In this document: positions 46,100 to 56,825 of the stretch, one piece after another
How positions within the stretch are numbered: position 1 is the first letter of the stretch
Layout of the letters: every line of letters starts with the position of its first letter
Source of the DNA: Escherichia phage ph0011
Length of the DNA: 64,000 nt
Sequence record: OP557969.1
Reading direction: 5' to 3' (one strand)
Notes under the pieces: generated by a model
The model's input: only the letters and a program-made list of their open reading frames with translations
Databases searched by the model: none
What the model was told of the DNA's origin: nothing
Made by a program: the position numbers and the translations under genes

Positions 46100-46127
46100 T
46101 TTACTGTAGTGTTTAGTACCGTATAAT
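46100..46127 (+). promoter_or_regulatory. possible promoter (TTTACT-16-TATAAT) upstream of HNH gene
   Basis: AGTACTTTACTGTAGTGTTTAGTACCGTATAATG; weaker -35. Confidence 0.35.
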
Positions 46128-46153
46128 GTAAACAAAAGGATAAAATAAAACTC

Positions 46154-46678
<525 letters not shown>

Positions 46679-46700
46679 TTAAAAAATCAGTACTTTATTA

Positions 46701-46914
<214 letters not shown>

Positions 46915-46937
46915 TCATTGCACTCTTCTCTTGTAAT

Positions 46938-47085
<148 letters not shown>

Positions 47086-47106
47086 TTCACATGATATAGG
47101 GTACAC

Positions 47107-47364
<258 letters not shown>

Positions 47365-47380
47365 ATAAAAAGAACGAAAA

Positions 47381-47422
<42 letters not shown>

Positions 47423-47432
47423 GATTCCCGAT

Positions 47433-47559
<127 letters not shown>

Positions 47560-47578
47560 AGAGGTACTTCGAGTATGC

Positions 47579-47634
<56 letters not shown>

Positions 47635-47653
47635 AACTACTTTTTAATTGACG

Positions 47654-47704
<51 letters not shown>

Positions 47705-47721
47705 TACAACCGACAATGACT

Positions 47722-47788
<67 letters not shown>

Positions 47789-47963
47789 GAAGAAACTGCT
47801 AAACAGCTTGAAGAACTTTGTAGTGCTGCACCGATGCCGACTCTTGGCTTAATCAAGTTGATGCGTCGAAATAAGAAAAATTTAAAATAATACAGTAAGA
47901 TGGCCTCCCCTCCATATCATGAGAGTATAGAGACTTGTTGGTTATCTTACTTTTAAACAAACT

Positions 47964-48037
47964 GCCTCAATAGCAAAATTGGTAATGCACACGTTTTGTA
48001 AGCGTGAGATTTTTCCGTTCGAGTCGGAATTGGGGCA
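47964..48037 (+). tRNA. tRNA-Thr(TGT): tRNA-Thr (anticodon TGT)
   Basis: Acceptor GCCTCAA/TTGGGGC (one G-U), D-arm GCA..TGC, anticodon stem CACGT/GCGTG loop TTTGTAA, T-arm TTCCG-TTCGAGT-CGGAA. Confidence 0.65.
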
Positions 48038-48054
48038 CAAAATAAAGGCACACT

Positions 48055-48471
48055 ATGACATACAATATTGTTAAAATGGTGAACTATGTATTAAAAAACA
48101 ACTCATGGTCACTGCATGATGTACAATTAGAAGATATTGGTGAAGTTAGAGTATTTTGCTATGATGAAGAATTGAATGAAACCACTGATTTGAATAAATG
48201 TTTTAATATTTTTCTTGGTTATGAAATCAATGATCATTTTTATTCATTTGATGTGTATTTTGAAAAAGTTAAAATCAGAATTTCTAATGTAAATAGTGAT
48301 TATTTTGACACTAGAATTGAATTGAATTTTGACGATATTGATACTGAAGAAAAATTCTTTCAGTACTGCCTCGTAAACGACCTAAATGGCTTGACATTTG
48401 AGGACATTAGTGCTATACTTAAAGTTCAAAGATTGATTCCAGAAGAGGTTTCAAATCCGTTTAATGACTAG
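48055..48471 (+). CDS. FQ-motif family paralog
   Basis: 138 aa; TEEKFFQYCLVNDLNGLTFEDI. Confidence 0.55.
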   Translation: MTYNIVKMVNYVLKNNSWSLHDVQLEDIGEVRVFCYDEELNETTDLNKCFNIFLGYEINDHFYSFDVYFEKVKIRISNVNSDYFDTRIELNFDDIDTEEKFFQYCLVNDLNGLTFEDISAILKVQRLIPEEVSNPFND

Positions 48472-48829
48472 TTTAATAACTCGTATAATGCAAGATGTTC
48501 ATAGGAATCTTTATACTGGTAATTTTGATGATCCTAACATAAAAATATTATGTTATGATGGGTTCACACTAGTACACCCATTAGAATCTAATAATATATA
48601 CATAGCATATAATTCACCTAATCTTTTGTATCAATTTGATTTATATAGTACATTAGCGAAAGTAATCTTAGATGTTTCTAAGGAGCCATTTTTTATTGCA
48701 GTACGTGATTTTGAGTACACAGAAGAATCATTATTCCAGTACTCGATGATAAATGATATTGGTGACTTGACATTAGAAGAAATAAATGCAATAGTTGGTG
48801 TGTGTCGTTTGATTAATACCCACAATTAG
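48464..48829 (+). CDS. FQ-motif family paralog
   Basis: 121 aa; TEESLFQYSMINDIGDLTLEEI. Confidence 0.55.
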   Translation: MTSLITRIMQDVHRNLYTGNFDDPNIKILCYDGFTLVHPLESNNIYIAYNSPNLLYQFDLYSTLAKVILDVSKEPFFIAVRDFEYTEESLFQYSMINDIGDLTLEEINAIVGVCRLINTHN

Positions 48830-48838
48830 GAGATTCAT

Positions 48839-49030
48839 ATGTTCTGGAATTTATTATGCTTGTTTGGTCGTACATTAGTTCTTGCAATTATTCATACACC
48901 TGGCATTCGTAATTATGTTTCTTATGAATTTAAGAAAAATTATCACAACAATACTGAAGATCGTGCAACTAAGATGTGCAAAGACTTCAATGTAGATGTT
49001 CCACCATTCAAGAAGTACGAGGATGAATAA
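48839..49030 (+). CDS. hypothetical protein
   Basis: 63-aa ORF, hydrophobic N-terminus. Confidence 0.4.
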   Translation: MFWNLLCLFGRTLVLAIIHTPGIRNYVSYEFKKNYHNNTEDRATKMCKDFNVDVPPFKKYEDE

Positions 49031-49314
49031 TGGAATTTATTGTTGCACCTGATGAACTAAAAACATTCACGTTCCGAGACAATAACAATTATCCTTATAC
49101 AAATCATTCATTGAATTCATTACATGTTATTTCAATCATTGCATCTGAATACAGAGACAATCCATGTATTGATTTTAAAACCACTGATGGTGAATATACA
49201 TGGGTGATCCCAAAAGATAAATATAGTTATCAAGGGGCAGTAGAAATTCGCGACTCGATTCTACAGCAAATTGAAGATGGACATACTCATCCTAAACTAA
49301 ACATTCAGTACTGA
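49030..49314 (+). CDS. hypothetical protein
   Basis: 94-aa ORF. Confidence 0.45.
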   Translation: MEFIVAPDELKTFTFRDNNNYPYTNHSLNSLHVISIIASEYRDNPCIDFKTTDGEYTWVIPKDKYSYQGAVEIRDSILQQIEDGHTHPKLNIQY

Positions 49315-49398
49315 AATCGCTTATCAGAATAACTTCTAATAATAATTATTTTTCTCTACTATCTAACAGTATTTTACAAGAATTCTGTATTTTTGAAG

Positions 49399-49428
49399 TT
49401 GATTTTTGAACTTCTTATATGTTATACT
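49399..49428 (+). promoter_or_regulatory. possible promoter (TTGATT-18-TATACT)
   Basis: GTTGATTTTTGAACTTCTTATATGTTATACT; immediately followed by terminator-like hairpin. Confidence 0.35.
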
Positions 49429-49431
49429 TAC

Positions 49432-49462
49432 GGCTGATTCAATTATGAATCAGCCTTTTTTC
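49432..49462 (+). terminator. rho-independent terminator-like hairpin
   Basis: GGCTGATTCAATTATGAATCAGCC + TTTTTTC. Confidence 0.65.
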
Positions 49463-49464
49463 TT

Positions 49465-49896
49465 ATGAGGATTAATATAATGAATAGAGAAGTTATTAGT
49501 TTAATGGATGAGTATATAAACCAAACGCATCGTTTGATATTTTTAAATGAATTCGAGTCCAGAACAACGTATTATTCTGGAGAATATGAGATAACGACTG
49601 GTTCATTTCTGAACGGATATATGGAGTTTTTTGAACAAAGCGATAATGTTTTTATTTCCATATCTGAAAAACATGGTGATGGTTGTGTTATTGATGTATG
49701 GCCCAATAAAGTAGAGATTGATACTTCACACAAAATTGTAATTGATGTAGACGAATCATTATATGATTTAACTGAAGATATGTATATGCAGCTAAATTTT
49801 GTATATGACCTAACTAATATAAGTTATTGTAATTTAAGTAAATTATTTTATATTTGTGGCGTATTACATAATAATACACAACAAAATAAAGGATAA
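49465..49896 (+). CDS. FQ-motif family paralog (divergent)
   Basis: 143 aa; TEDMYMQLNFVYDLTNISYCNL; start may be ~49480. Confidence 0.45.
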   Translation: MRINIMNREVISLMDEYINQTHRLIFLNEFESRTTYYSGEYEITTGSFLNGYMEFFEQSDNVFISISEKHGDGCVIDVWPNKVEIDTSHKIVIDVDESLYDLTEDMYMQLNFVYDLTNISYCNLSKLFYICGVLHNNTQQNKG

Positions 49897-49904
49897 ACAT
49901 TTAA

Positions 49905-50309
49905 ATGTTGAAAATTCCACAACAGGCATTATCTATACTAATTGAAAATGGTGTAATATTTTCTGAAGGATGTAGTTCATTCTATACATGTGATGTGGAC
50001 CAGTACACATTTGAATACCGTTCATTTAAAAATACATTGAGTGTTTCATGTGAAGCTTCTGACAACATTGTACTTGTCGTTTCTTTCTATGGTGTACCAA
50101 AATTCTTCATTGATATATATTATGATTCTTTTAAGATACAAACATACGACCATTTTCTTGGTGAAGTGCTCTTGCAAATGCCAATTGAACATGTTACTAT
50201 AAATGAAGATATGTTCTTTCAGCTATCTACTGTATATGATATGTGTGGTTTGACATTTGACAACATTAATGGTATTTTTGAAATTGCCAGAACCCTACGA
50301 GGAAGATGA
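49905..50309 (+). CDS. FQ-motif family paralog
   Basis: 134 aa; NEDMFFQLSTVYDMCGLTFDNI. Confidence 0.55.
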   Translation: MLKIPQQALSILIENGVIFSEGCSSFYTCDVDQYTFEYRSFKNTLSVSCEASDNIVLVVSFYGVPKFFIDIYYDSFKIQTYDHFLGEVLLQMPIEHVTINEDMFFQLSTVYDMCGLTFDNINGIFEIARTLRGR

Positions 50310-50718
50310 TATGGTCAAAATTTTAAGTGACAATACAGTTGATATTGTTATTGATGTACTTGAAAACAGTAATACATTTGAGAAGAAACACAGTACTGTA
50401 TACTTCGGTAAAGATTGTTGGCTGAACTATACATCTGATAGTTCATTTATAATTCATGTTGAAAAGGGTGATATTGGATTAACGATACATGCTTCCTATA
50501 ATAAAACAATCACTGTTATTGCCAACAAGCCAAGTACTTCTGATTTCTGGGATATAATTGATGATTGTGATCATTTCATGTCAACATTCTATAAAACAGA
50601 AGAAGAACATTTCATGGATAGTACTGTTCGAGAATTACAAATTCCATTTAAATTAATGAAAGCGGTAAGGGATTTTATTTCAAAATACAAAAAAACAGGA
50701 GTATGTGATGCAATTTAA
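50257..50718 (+). CDS. FQ-motif family paralog (divergent)
   Basis: TEEEHFMDSTVRELQIPFKLM; track start overlaps upstream gene, likely start ~50311 (MVKILSDN). Confidence 0.45.
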   Translation: MTTLMVFLKLPEPYEEDDMVKILSDNTVDIVIDVLENSNTFEKKHSTVYFGKDCWLNYTSDSSFIIHVEKGDIGLTIHASYNKTITVIANKPSTSDFWDIIDDCDHFMSTFYKTEEEHFMDSTVRELQIPFKLMKAVRDFISKYKKTGVCDAI

Positions 50719-51169
50719 TGGTAATGTTTCTAAAGTTGCTTTAGTATTTGAAAATTGTGAGTGTGTGTATATTGATGTAAAAGATGTTTTATGGATGCAT
50801 ATTGGTGATGAGAAGACACTTTGTAGTCGTTTTTCGAATGGGCTGACAATTAGTACTGGTATTGGTGAGTTTGGTATTGCGTTGCGTAGTAATACCCCAG
50901 CGGATTTCATGGACAACACCACACTGTTGGAACGTTTAAAAATGCGTGACGTTACACATGTTTATCTATATGATAATCAAGACGTAGAACGTCATTATGT
51001 TGTTGAATGGTCAGATTATAACATGAATGGGCAATATTCAGTAAACCAGCGTGTACAAATTACGCCAGGTGGTAATATTGTATTTGTTAGTACAACAGGT
51101 AAATTAATCAACGTAGATGATAAAAATATCGATCTATTTACATCATACGATAGTTATAATTTGAGGTGA
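50705..51169 (+). CDS. hypothetical protein
   Basis: 154-aa ORF. Confidence 0.5.
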   Translation: MMQFNGNVSKVALVFENCECVYIDVKDVLWMHIGDEKTLCSRFSNGLTISTGIGEFGIALRSNTPADFMDNTTLLERLKMRDVTHVYLYDNQDVERHYVVEWSDYNMNGQYSVNQRVQITPGGNIVFVSTTGKLINVDDKNIDLFTSYDSYNLR

Positions 51170-51173
51170 TATT

Positions 51174-51536
51174 ATGAACTTGTGGATATTTACACTTATT
51201 TGTTGTATTACTATTGTACTTTGTCGTCTAATTCATGTATACTCATATCATAAAGCGTTACGTATTGAGCAAGAGACTTACTTAAAAAAACAGCCACCGA
51301 AGAAGTTACCATCACCGTATGGGTTGAAACGTGAAATGCACTCCAAAAGCAAAGAGTGGGGATATGCAATCACAAAAAATGGGTATATTTACACAGCGAG
51401 TAATGGTTATTTTCAAATTCACCACAAATTAGAGGTAGCAGTTAAGATTTTGTGGGAAATGGAGGATATTGGTGGTTATGAGCGTACTAAGTTTGAATAC
51501 ATATCAGATGATCCAGGAACTTCACGAGAAACATGA
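51174..51536 (+). CDS. membrane-anchored hypothetical protein
   Basis: 120 aa; N-terminal TM (LWIFTLICCITIVLCRLI). Confidence 0.5.
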   Translation: MNLWIFTLICCITIVLCRLIHVYSYHKALRIEQETYLKKQPPKKLPSPYGLKREMHSKSKEWGYAITKNGYIYTASNGYFQIHHKLEVAVKILWEMEDIGGYERTKFEYISDDPGTSRET

Positions 51537-51570
51537 TATAATTATCGATGTTAAGAAGAAGGAAGTTGTT

Positions 51571-51681
51571 ATGAAAAAACAAGAATATCGCATATTAGAT
51601 CACTTCCATCTAAAAGCATTTATAATGAAGTTCTGTACAGATGAACATCTTACTGGACGAGTAATACGTAAGGAGTTGTAA
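51571..51681 (+). CDS. small hypothetical protein (36 aa)
   Basis: Internal ATG of track ORF 51469-51681 with GAAGGAAG RBS (MKKQEYRILDHF...). Confidence 0.3.
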   Translation: MKKQEYRILDHFHLKAFIMKFCTDEHLTGRVIRKEL

Positions 51682-51683
51682 AA

Positions 51684-52025
51684 ATGAACTTAAGTTCAAC
51701 AATTCAGTTTTTGAGCAATAACTTTGATAGGATCATATCTCGCGGTGGGATGATTGTACATCCTGATACAGACGAAATGTACATCATTGGATTTGATAAA
51801 AATTCTTATGATCAAGTGCTTGTAATTTCAAAGTTAGAAAGTTATAATGAAGTCGTTCAGTTTTGTTGTACCGAATTTGGTATATACATTAAAGATGCTG
51901 AAACAAATACGATTTCACATTATTTTTATCACACACTGATGGGTACTAAAGACTTCGGATTAAAGTTTGATGATTTAGTACAATGTCATTATATGTTTAA
52001 AACCTTCCCTGTTAGTGGTCACTAA
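51684..52025 (+). CDS. hypothetical protein
   Basis: 113-aa ORF. Confidence 0.45.
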   Translation: MNLSSTIQFLSNNFDRIISRGGMIVHPDTDEMYIIGFDKNSYDQVLVISKLESYNEVVQFCCTEFGIYIKDAETNTISHYFYHTLMGTKDFGLKFDDLVQCHYMFKTFPVSGH

Positions 52026-52039
52026 GGAGTGTATCAAAT

Positions 52040-52825
52040 ATGAACAACATTTTCTTCAAAACTATTTCTTTCAAAAAAGAATCTTACTCATATTCCTATG
52101 TTGATGGTAATGTGCTTAATATTGTTCTGAATGGGGTAGATGTTCCTGTGAAATTCGACTCACATGAAGAAGCAGTCGATGGGGCAAAAGAATTGAATTC
52201 AATTCTCAATGGTGAAGATAGTCAAAAACAAAAGGTAAAATCAGATTTAGATGCACTTTTGGAAAAAATCAAAAGTGGTGAAGTTCTTGAAATTTTAGAA
52301 AACTGTAATGAAAAACTACGTAAAGTAGTCAATGATGTTCATGACCAGATTCAAGAAAAAGCACTAGACCAAGCCTTTAAGCATGTATCTAAAAAAGCTG
52401 AATCACGTATTGATAATATGGTCAAAAACATTGATGATGTACTTTCACATCTCTTTACCAAAGAATACGAATGTGACACAGACGAGCCAGTTACTGAATC
52501 TAAAAAAGAAAAACGCAACTTTGGTTCAAGTGATGATGTATTTGGTTTTTCTAATGTACGAACAAGTGCAGATGAACCAAAGGAAATCAGTGAGATGCTC
52601 ATTGGTGACATGACAACAAAGCAACTTCGTAATGAAATTGACAAGTTTGTTACTACATCTATCAAATCTGAACGTGCACAAAATATGTTCAAAAGTATCA
52701 GTGCTAATTTTGGTACTGAAGCCACCGAACAAGCACTAAATGCATTTAAAGAATTGATTTATAATGTTGCCATTCGCAATCCAGAAAAAACACTCGAAGA
52801 AGTCCTACGAGAAAATTTCAAATAA
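52040..52825 (+). CDS. hypothetical acidic protein
   Basis: 261-aa ORF; followed by strong terminator. Confidence 0.5.
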   Translation: MNNIFFKTISFKKESYSYSYVDGNVLNIVLNGVDVPVKFDSHEEAVDGAKELNSILNGEDSQKQKVKSDLDALLEKIKSGEVLEILENCNEKLRKVVNDVHDQIQEKALDQAFKHVSKKAESRIDNMVKNIDDVLSHLFTKEYECDTDEPVTESKKEKRNFGSSDDVFGFSNVRTSADEPKEISEMLIGDMTTKQLRNEIDKFVTTSIKSERAQNMFKSISANFGTEATEQALNAFKELIYNVAIRNPEKTLEEVLRENFK

Positions 52826-52839
52826 TTAGATAAAAGTAA

Positions 52840-52867
52840 AGCCACTACACTGTAGTGGCTTTTTTTA
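52840..52867 (+). terminator. rho-independent terminator
   Basis: AGCCACTACACTGTAGTGGCT + TTTTTTT. Confidence 0.75.
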
Positions 52868-53035
52868 TTATTCGTTGTAACCATCAAATACAGGTGAAAT
52901 AATATTATCTATATCATAAACGATAATACTACATCCACTAAGCTTATATCTTCCCCCGATATAATTGTTCTTGACATTTATTCCACCATTGGTATAATTA
53001 TTATAACATATTTATTAGGTATAACAAAAAAGTGC

Positions 53036-53064
53036 TTGACTGGTGCATGACAAAATGCTACTAT
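53036..53064 (+). promoter_or_regulatory. sigma-70-like promoter (TTGACT-17-TACTAT)
   Basis: GCTTGACTGGTGCATGACAAAATGCTACTATAT upstream of CDS 53080. Confidence 0.45.
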
Positions 53065-53079
53065 ATAGTGAATGAATAA

Positions 53080-53679
53080 ATGAGGTGTTTTTTTATGAAT
53101 GTTATTGACGATAGACTAGTACTGAAAAATGGAAAAATGACTGTTAAGTTATATAAAGACGAAGCTGATTCATTCATGGCAAAAGCTATTGAAAAATCAG
53201 AACGATATAAATTATTAGCACCTGCTAGTAAATCACCGTATGGTTTTAATCATGCCCATAGTCATTTTGTAGGAATGGTTTGTGAACATGCATCTTTAGT
53301 TCTTTTTAATGAAATTGAAAATAATACTGGTATTAAACTTAATATTGATCCTGCATTTCAAAATGATGCACGCGATGGGGAGTGTGATATTAAGGTAAAC
53401 AACCTTCGTATCGAAGTCAAAGGTATTAAGTATAAATCATGGACCGACTTTGGACCATGTGTCAGTACTCGACAGTTGAAAAATATCCAAAAAAAAGCTG
53501 ACGTAATATTATGGGTATTGTATAATGAGAAAAAACAAGAGTTCACTTTTGAGGGTTTCAACTATGTGAAAGATATTAGTTCTATCCCAGTTGTACTCAC
53601 GGGTGTCCCAGGCAGACCAATGATTGAAAATCATCCAGTACTGAGTATTATCAAACCACTTCAGGAGTTACCGTTATGA
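53080..53679 (+). CDS. hypothetical protein, possible PD-(D/E)xK nuclease
   Basis: 199 aa; GECDIKVNNLRIEVKG resembles D...(E/D)xK core; start may be ~53095. Confidence 0.4.
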   Translation: MRCFFMNVIDDRLVLKNGKMTVKLYKDEADSFMAKAIEKSERYKLLAPASKSPYGFNHAHSHFVGMVCEHASLVLFNEIENNTGIKLNIDPAFQNDARDGECDIKVNNLRIEVKGIKYKSWTDFGPCVSTRQLKNIQKKADVILWVLYNEKKQEFTFEGFNYVKDISSIPVVLTGVPGRPMIENHPVLSIIKPLQELPL

Positions 53680-53903
53680 TTACAGCCACTGTATACCAAG
53701 ATATCAATGAAAAGTTTAATTCCAAAATTGCATTTTTACAATTCCCAGTTATCCCACCAGTTGGGGCAACATTAAATCTAACCATTTGTGGGTTTGAAAA
53801 ATATTACGAAATTCTAGATATTGAGTACTGTGCTGATGTGTATTCATGTAATAGTGAATTTGCCATTCCGGTATCAATCGATATTATCGTTAAAGAGGTT
53901 TAA
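53676..53903 (+). CDS. hypothetical protein
   Basis: 75-aa ORF, ATGA overlap. Confidence 0.45.
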   Translation: MITATVYQDINEKFNSKIAFLQFPVIPPVGATLNLTICGFEKYYEILDIEYCADVYSCNSEFAIPVSIDIIVKEV

Positions 53904-53906
53904 AAT

Positions 53907-54362
53907 ATGTTTAAAAATTTTATTGTTATTGTAGCAGTACTGTTTGGTGCATCATGTTTTATTACACCAGTACATGCAGAAGAACAACGTCAAACTATTA
54001 AAACTATTGGTACTGGTAAAACACCACCTAAACGTACTGCGGAAGAATACATGCCGGAAATCCGTGAGCGTTATCGTCAGACATACAGGGAAAAACATGC
54101 AAATGACAAACCAATCAAAAAGCACAAATGGGAAGTAGTTAAATCCCCTTCATTTTGTGCTGGTTATGCAAAGGTAAAGGTTGAACAACACAACAACCAG
54201 TACTATAAGGATATGTATTACTTCTATGACTCCAGAATTTCTGACACTGATTTGATGGCAGGGAAGGTTGATAAAGAAGAATTTCTTCAAGGTTATGATA
54301 TGATGGATGATGCTAAGATCATGGAATGTGTAGATGTGTATGAAAAATATAGAGGGTTCTAA
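53907..54362 (+). CDS. secreted/periplasmic hypothetical protein
   Basis: 151 aa; N-terminal signal-peptide-like MFKNFIVIVAVLFGASCFITPVHA. Confidence 0.5.
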   Translation: MFKNFIVIVAVLFGASCFITPVHAEEQRQTIKTIGTGKTPPKRTAEEYMPEIRERYRQTYREKHANDKPIKKHKWEVVKSPSFCAGYAKVKVEQHNNQYYKDMYYFYDSRISDTDLMAGKVDKEEFLQGYDMMDDAKIMECVDVYEKYRGF

Positions 54363-54823
54363 TGATACTACTAGTATTATTATCAAGCCCGTTTGCTTAT
54401 TTTATTCTGTATAATATTTTTAGTAATGCTCATCATTTTAAATACGCACAAACAATTGCAAAACATGAAGGATGGTGGCATTATTTTCCAGCACTACTGT
54501 GTTCATATATGTTCAATGAACGCTATTTTATTTTTCCAGAATATACAAAGCACTATTATGATACTAAAATAAATGGCATAATTGAGTACTGTCTACGTAA
54601 TTATCTGAATAATACAGATAATGTTAAAGTGAATTTATTAAATGGAAATTCACCAAGAATAGTCTGTACGTCTTACATAGAAGACCCCATTTACTTATAT
54701 CTATATGATCATAGTATTTCGGTTCGTTGTTCTATGCGTAGTAGTTGTGAGTACTTTATCTTACCACCTACACAAATAAGATTAATAGAAAAATACTTGA
54801 AATTGATTGACAAAAAAGATTAG
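54362..54823 (+). CDS. hypothetical protein
   Basis: 153-aa ORF. Confidence 0.45.
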   Translation: MILLVLLSSPFAYFILYNIFSNAHHFKYAQTIAKHEGWWHYFPALLCSYMFNERYFIFPEYTKHYYDTKINGIIEYCLRNYLNNTDNVKVNLLNGNSPRIVCTSYIEDPIYLYLYDHSISVRCSMRSSCEYFILPPTQIRLIEKYLKLIDKKD

Positions 54824-54835
54824 TAGTGTTATAAT
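54808..54835 (+). promoter_or_regulatory. sigma-70-like promoter with extended -10 (TTGACA-16-TGtTATAAT)
   Basis: ATTGACAAAAAAGATTAGTAGTGTTATAATCAC upstream of CDS 54868. Confidence 0.5.
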
Positions 54836-54867
54836 CACAAGACCAACCGATAAAAGAGGAACTGAAA

Positions 54868-55326
54868 ATGGACGTATTGGCTACCAATTTCAAACGTAAC
54901 ACAGAAGAGCGTGAAGGATACCTTAGTATTAGTGATGTAGTTGCTGATAACTTCAAACAATACATTTTTAATAGTGCGATTAAGTTAAAATGCACAAAGG
55001 ATGCTCCAGACCGTAGTTTTACTAAATGGATTGCATATTGGGAAGATTCACCAATTGCAATTGAAATGACAGTTATTACAACAGTTCTGGAAACGGGATA
55101 TATCAAAGCTATTGTAGTTGATAAGAAAGTCAGATCTCTTGATGAAATTAACCCATATCCAGCCCGAAATTCTAAAGTTTTTGGGTTTTTGGTTGAAGGT
55201 AAGTTTATGATTGAAAAAGATGCAAAAGAATATGTAATTAATATGCTACAAACACCAACCGAGAAAAAAAAGGTCGTTGACCAGAATGCTATTGATTCAA
55301 TCAAGAAAGCATGGGGACTTAAGTAA
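54868..55326 (+). CDS. hypothetical protein
   Basis: 152-aa ORF downstream of extended -10 promoter. Confidence 0.5.
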   Translation: MDVLATNFKRNTEEREGYLSISDVVADNFKQYIFNSAIKLKCTKDAPDRSFTKWIAYWEDSPIAIEMTVITTVLETGYIKAIVVDKKVRSLDEINPYPARNSKVFGFLVEGKFMIEKDAKEYVINMLQTPTEKKKVVDQNAIDSIKKAWGLK

Positions 55327-55750
55327 CATGTTCACACTAAGTAATACAAAATATCTTTTTCTTATTAGTATTATTGGTTGGGTTATGGCTCCAGTGCTTA
55401 ATGCACTGGGGATTCCAGAGGGACACAAACTTGTCAATATTTCAGGTTTAATCCAAGCTATTTCGTGGTATTCATTAATCATATTTTTTGTGTGTATTAA
55501 CACATTTGCACGCGAGTATCGACGCTTACTTTATTTTAAAGTTTTCGGAACTACATACTATAGTTTTCTTTATACATTTATTTTAGTTCCATGTGTAGTA
55601 TATGCCTTTGTTTATGATTACTATACATATATGTGGGTGTGTAGTACAATGTTTGTTATGTTAGAATATACAAGAACTGTTCAAAACTCATATGCAGAAG
55701 AGTTTCATGATCAAGAAGTTAAACGCAAATTAACGGAGCTAAACAAATGA
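55277..55750 (+). CDS. polytopic membrane protein
   Basis: Several hydrophobic helices; likely start ~55328 (MFTLSNTKY). Confidence 0.45.
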   Translation: MTRMLLIQSRKHGDLSNMFTLSNTKYLFLISIIGWVMAPVLNALGIPEGHKLVNISGLIQAISWYSLIIFFVCINTFAREYRRLLYFKVFGTTYYSFLYTFILVPCVVYAFVYDYYTYMWVCSTMFVMLEYTRTVQNSYAEEFHDQEVKRKLTELNK

Positions 55751-56172
55751 GAGTATATAATAAAATTTGTATTTTTGTATTTTTAGTTTGTGCGTTCAAT
55801 TCCTTTGGTTATTACTGCAACGAAAACAATATTTCATATGGATTAAATCCTTTGTGGTTTTCAATTTCAAATGTAGTTCAAATTGGTATTGCTATTATGT
55901 CTGCCCTTATGTTCTGTCCAATTGTCACAATGGATACTGATCATGAAAGGCTTGGATTTATCCGTGATACTGGTGACGAACCTTACAGTAGATTGATTGT
56001 GTTGTATCCATTTGTTGTTATATTAGGTACTAATATCCAACTTGGGTCTTTATCTAATAGTATTACTTCAGCAGCCATTACCATCTTTGCATTCACATTT
56101 TTTATTGTACACAAATCAGTACTTAAATGGTATATCACCCAATTGGCAGAGAAGGGTACGGAAATCAGTTGA
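55747..56172 (+). CDS. polytopic membrane protein
   Basis: 141 aa, 3-4 hydrophobic segments. Confidence 0.45.
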   Translation: MRVYNKICIFVFLVCAFNSFGYYCNENNISYGLNPLWFSISNVVQIGIAIMSALMFCPIVTMDTDHERLGFIRDTGDEPYSRLIVLYPFVVILGTNIQLGSLSNSITSAAITIFAFTFFIVHKSVLKWYITQLAEKGTEIS

Positions 56173-56231
56173 CGTGATGTATCGAGTCATATATAATTAT
56201 TACATCAAAACGATCAAATGGTAAGGAACTT

Positions 56232-56483
56232 ATGAACATTGATAAGGTCAAAGAACTTAGTGCAGCACTAATTAAGAACGAAGAAGTATGTGAAGAACTT
56301 CGCAGTACTATCAAAGTGGAGTATGCACGTCTTCAAGCTATGCTTCAGGAGTCAGAATGGGTTGTAACAAAATCTATCGAATCCATCTATAAGGATATCG
56401 AATCTCTTTTCAACAAGAAAAGTAAAATCGAATCTGATTCATATAACAAACGCAAAGAATTAAATTCAGTACTTGGAATCTAA
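56232..56483 (+). CDS. hypothetical protein
   Basis: 83-aa ORF. Confidence 0.45.
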   Translation: MNIDKVKELSAALIKNEEVCEELRSTIKVEYARLQAMLQESEWVVTKSIESIYKDIESLFNKKSKIESDSYNKRKELNSVLGI

Positions 56484-56492
56484 AAAAAGTAG

Positions 56493-56521
56493 TTGACATA
56501 AAACAAAATATGGAGTACAGT
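56493..56521 (+). promoter_or_regulatory. possible promoter (TTGACA, weak -10) with adjacent hairpin
   Basis: AGTTGACATAAAACAAAATATGGAGTACAGTGTGCTCCAT; IR ATGGAG/CTCCAT. Confidence 0.3.
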
Positions 56522-56559
56522 GTGCTCCATAATTAATTATAAGATAAAAGGAAACCGTT

Positions 56560-56820
56560 ATGAAATCTATTCTCGTTGCAGTTAACCAGATTGCTTCTCC
56601 ATCTTTCAACTTCAAACAAGCTGTTGCTGATAAATTGAAGAAAATCTGCCCCAACGCTGAATTAACGTTCTGTGTGTTTGATTCTGAAAAAGTATCAACG
56701 GTTGATCTAAACTATATCATCAACGACATTAAAAGCATTTCAGGTGAAAGTAATTTAAACTTACTAAATGAGATTGCTGATGATTATGATCATACACTAG
56801 TAATTTCGGAGAAATATTAA
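56560..56820 (+). CDS. hypothetical protein
   Basis: 86-aa ORF. Confidence 0.45.
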   Translation: MKSILVAVNQIASPSFNFKQAVADKLKKICPNAELTFCVFDSEKVSTVDLNYIINDIKSISGESNLNLLNEIADDYDHTLVISEKY

Positions 56821-56825
56821 ATTAA

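Noticed and set aside
54768-55304. 178-aa ORF on the minus strand
   Set aside because: Lies antisense to a well-formed + strand gene (54868-55326) in a region where every supported gene is on the + strand; low-complexity composition and no RBS or promoter context. Same reasoning for the other minus-strand track ORFs (e.g. 10860-11243, 19089-19463, 13182-13517, 22332-22640, 52351-52725).
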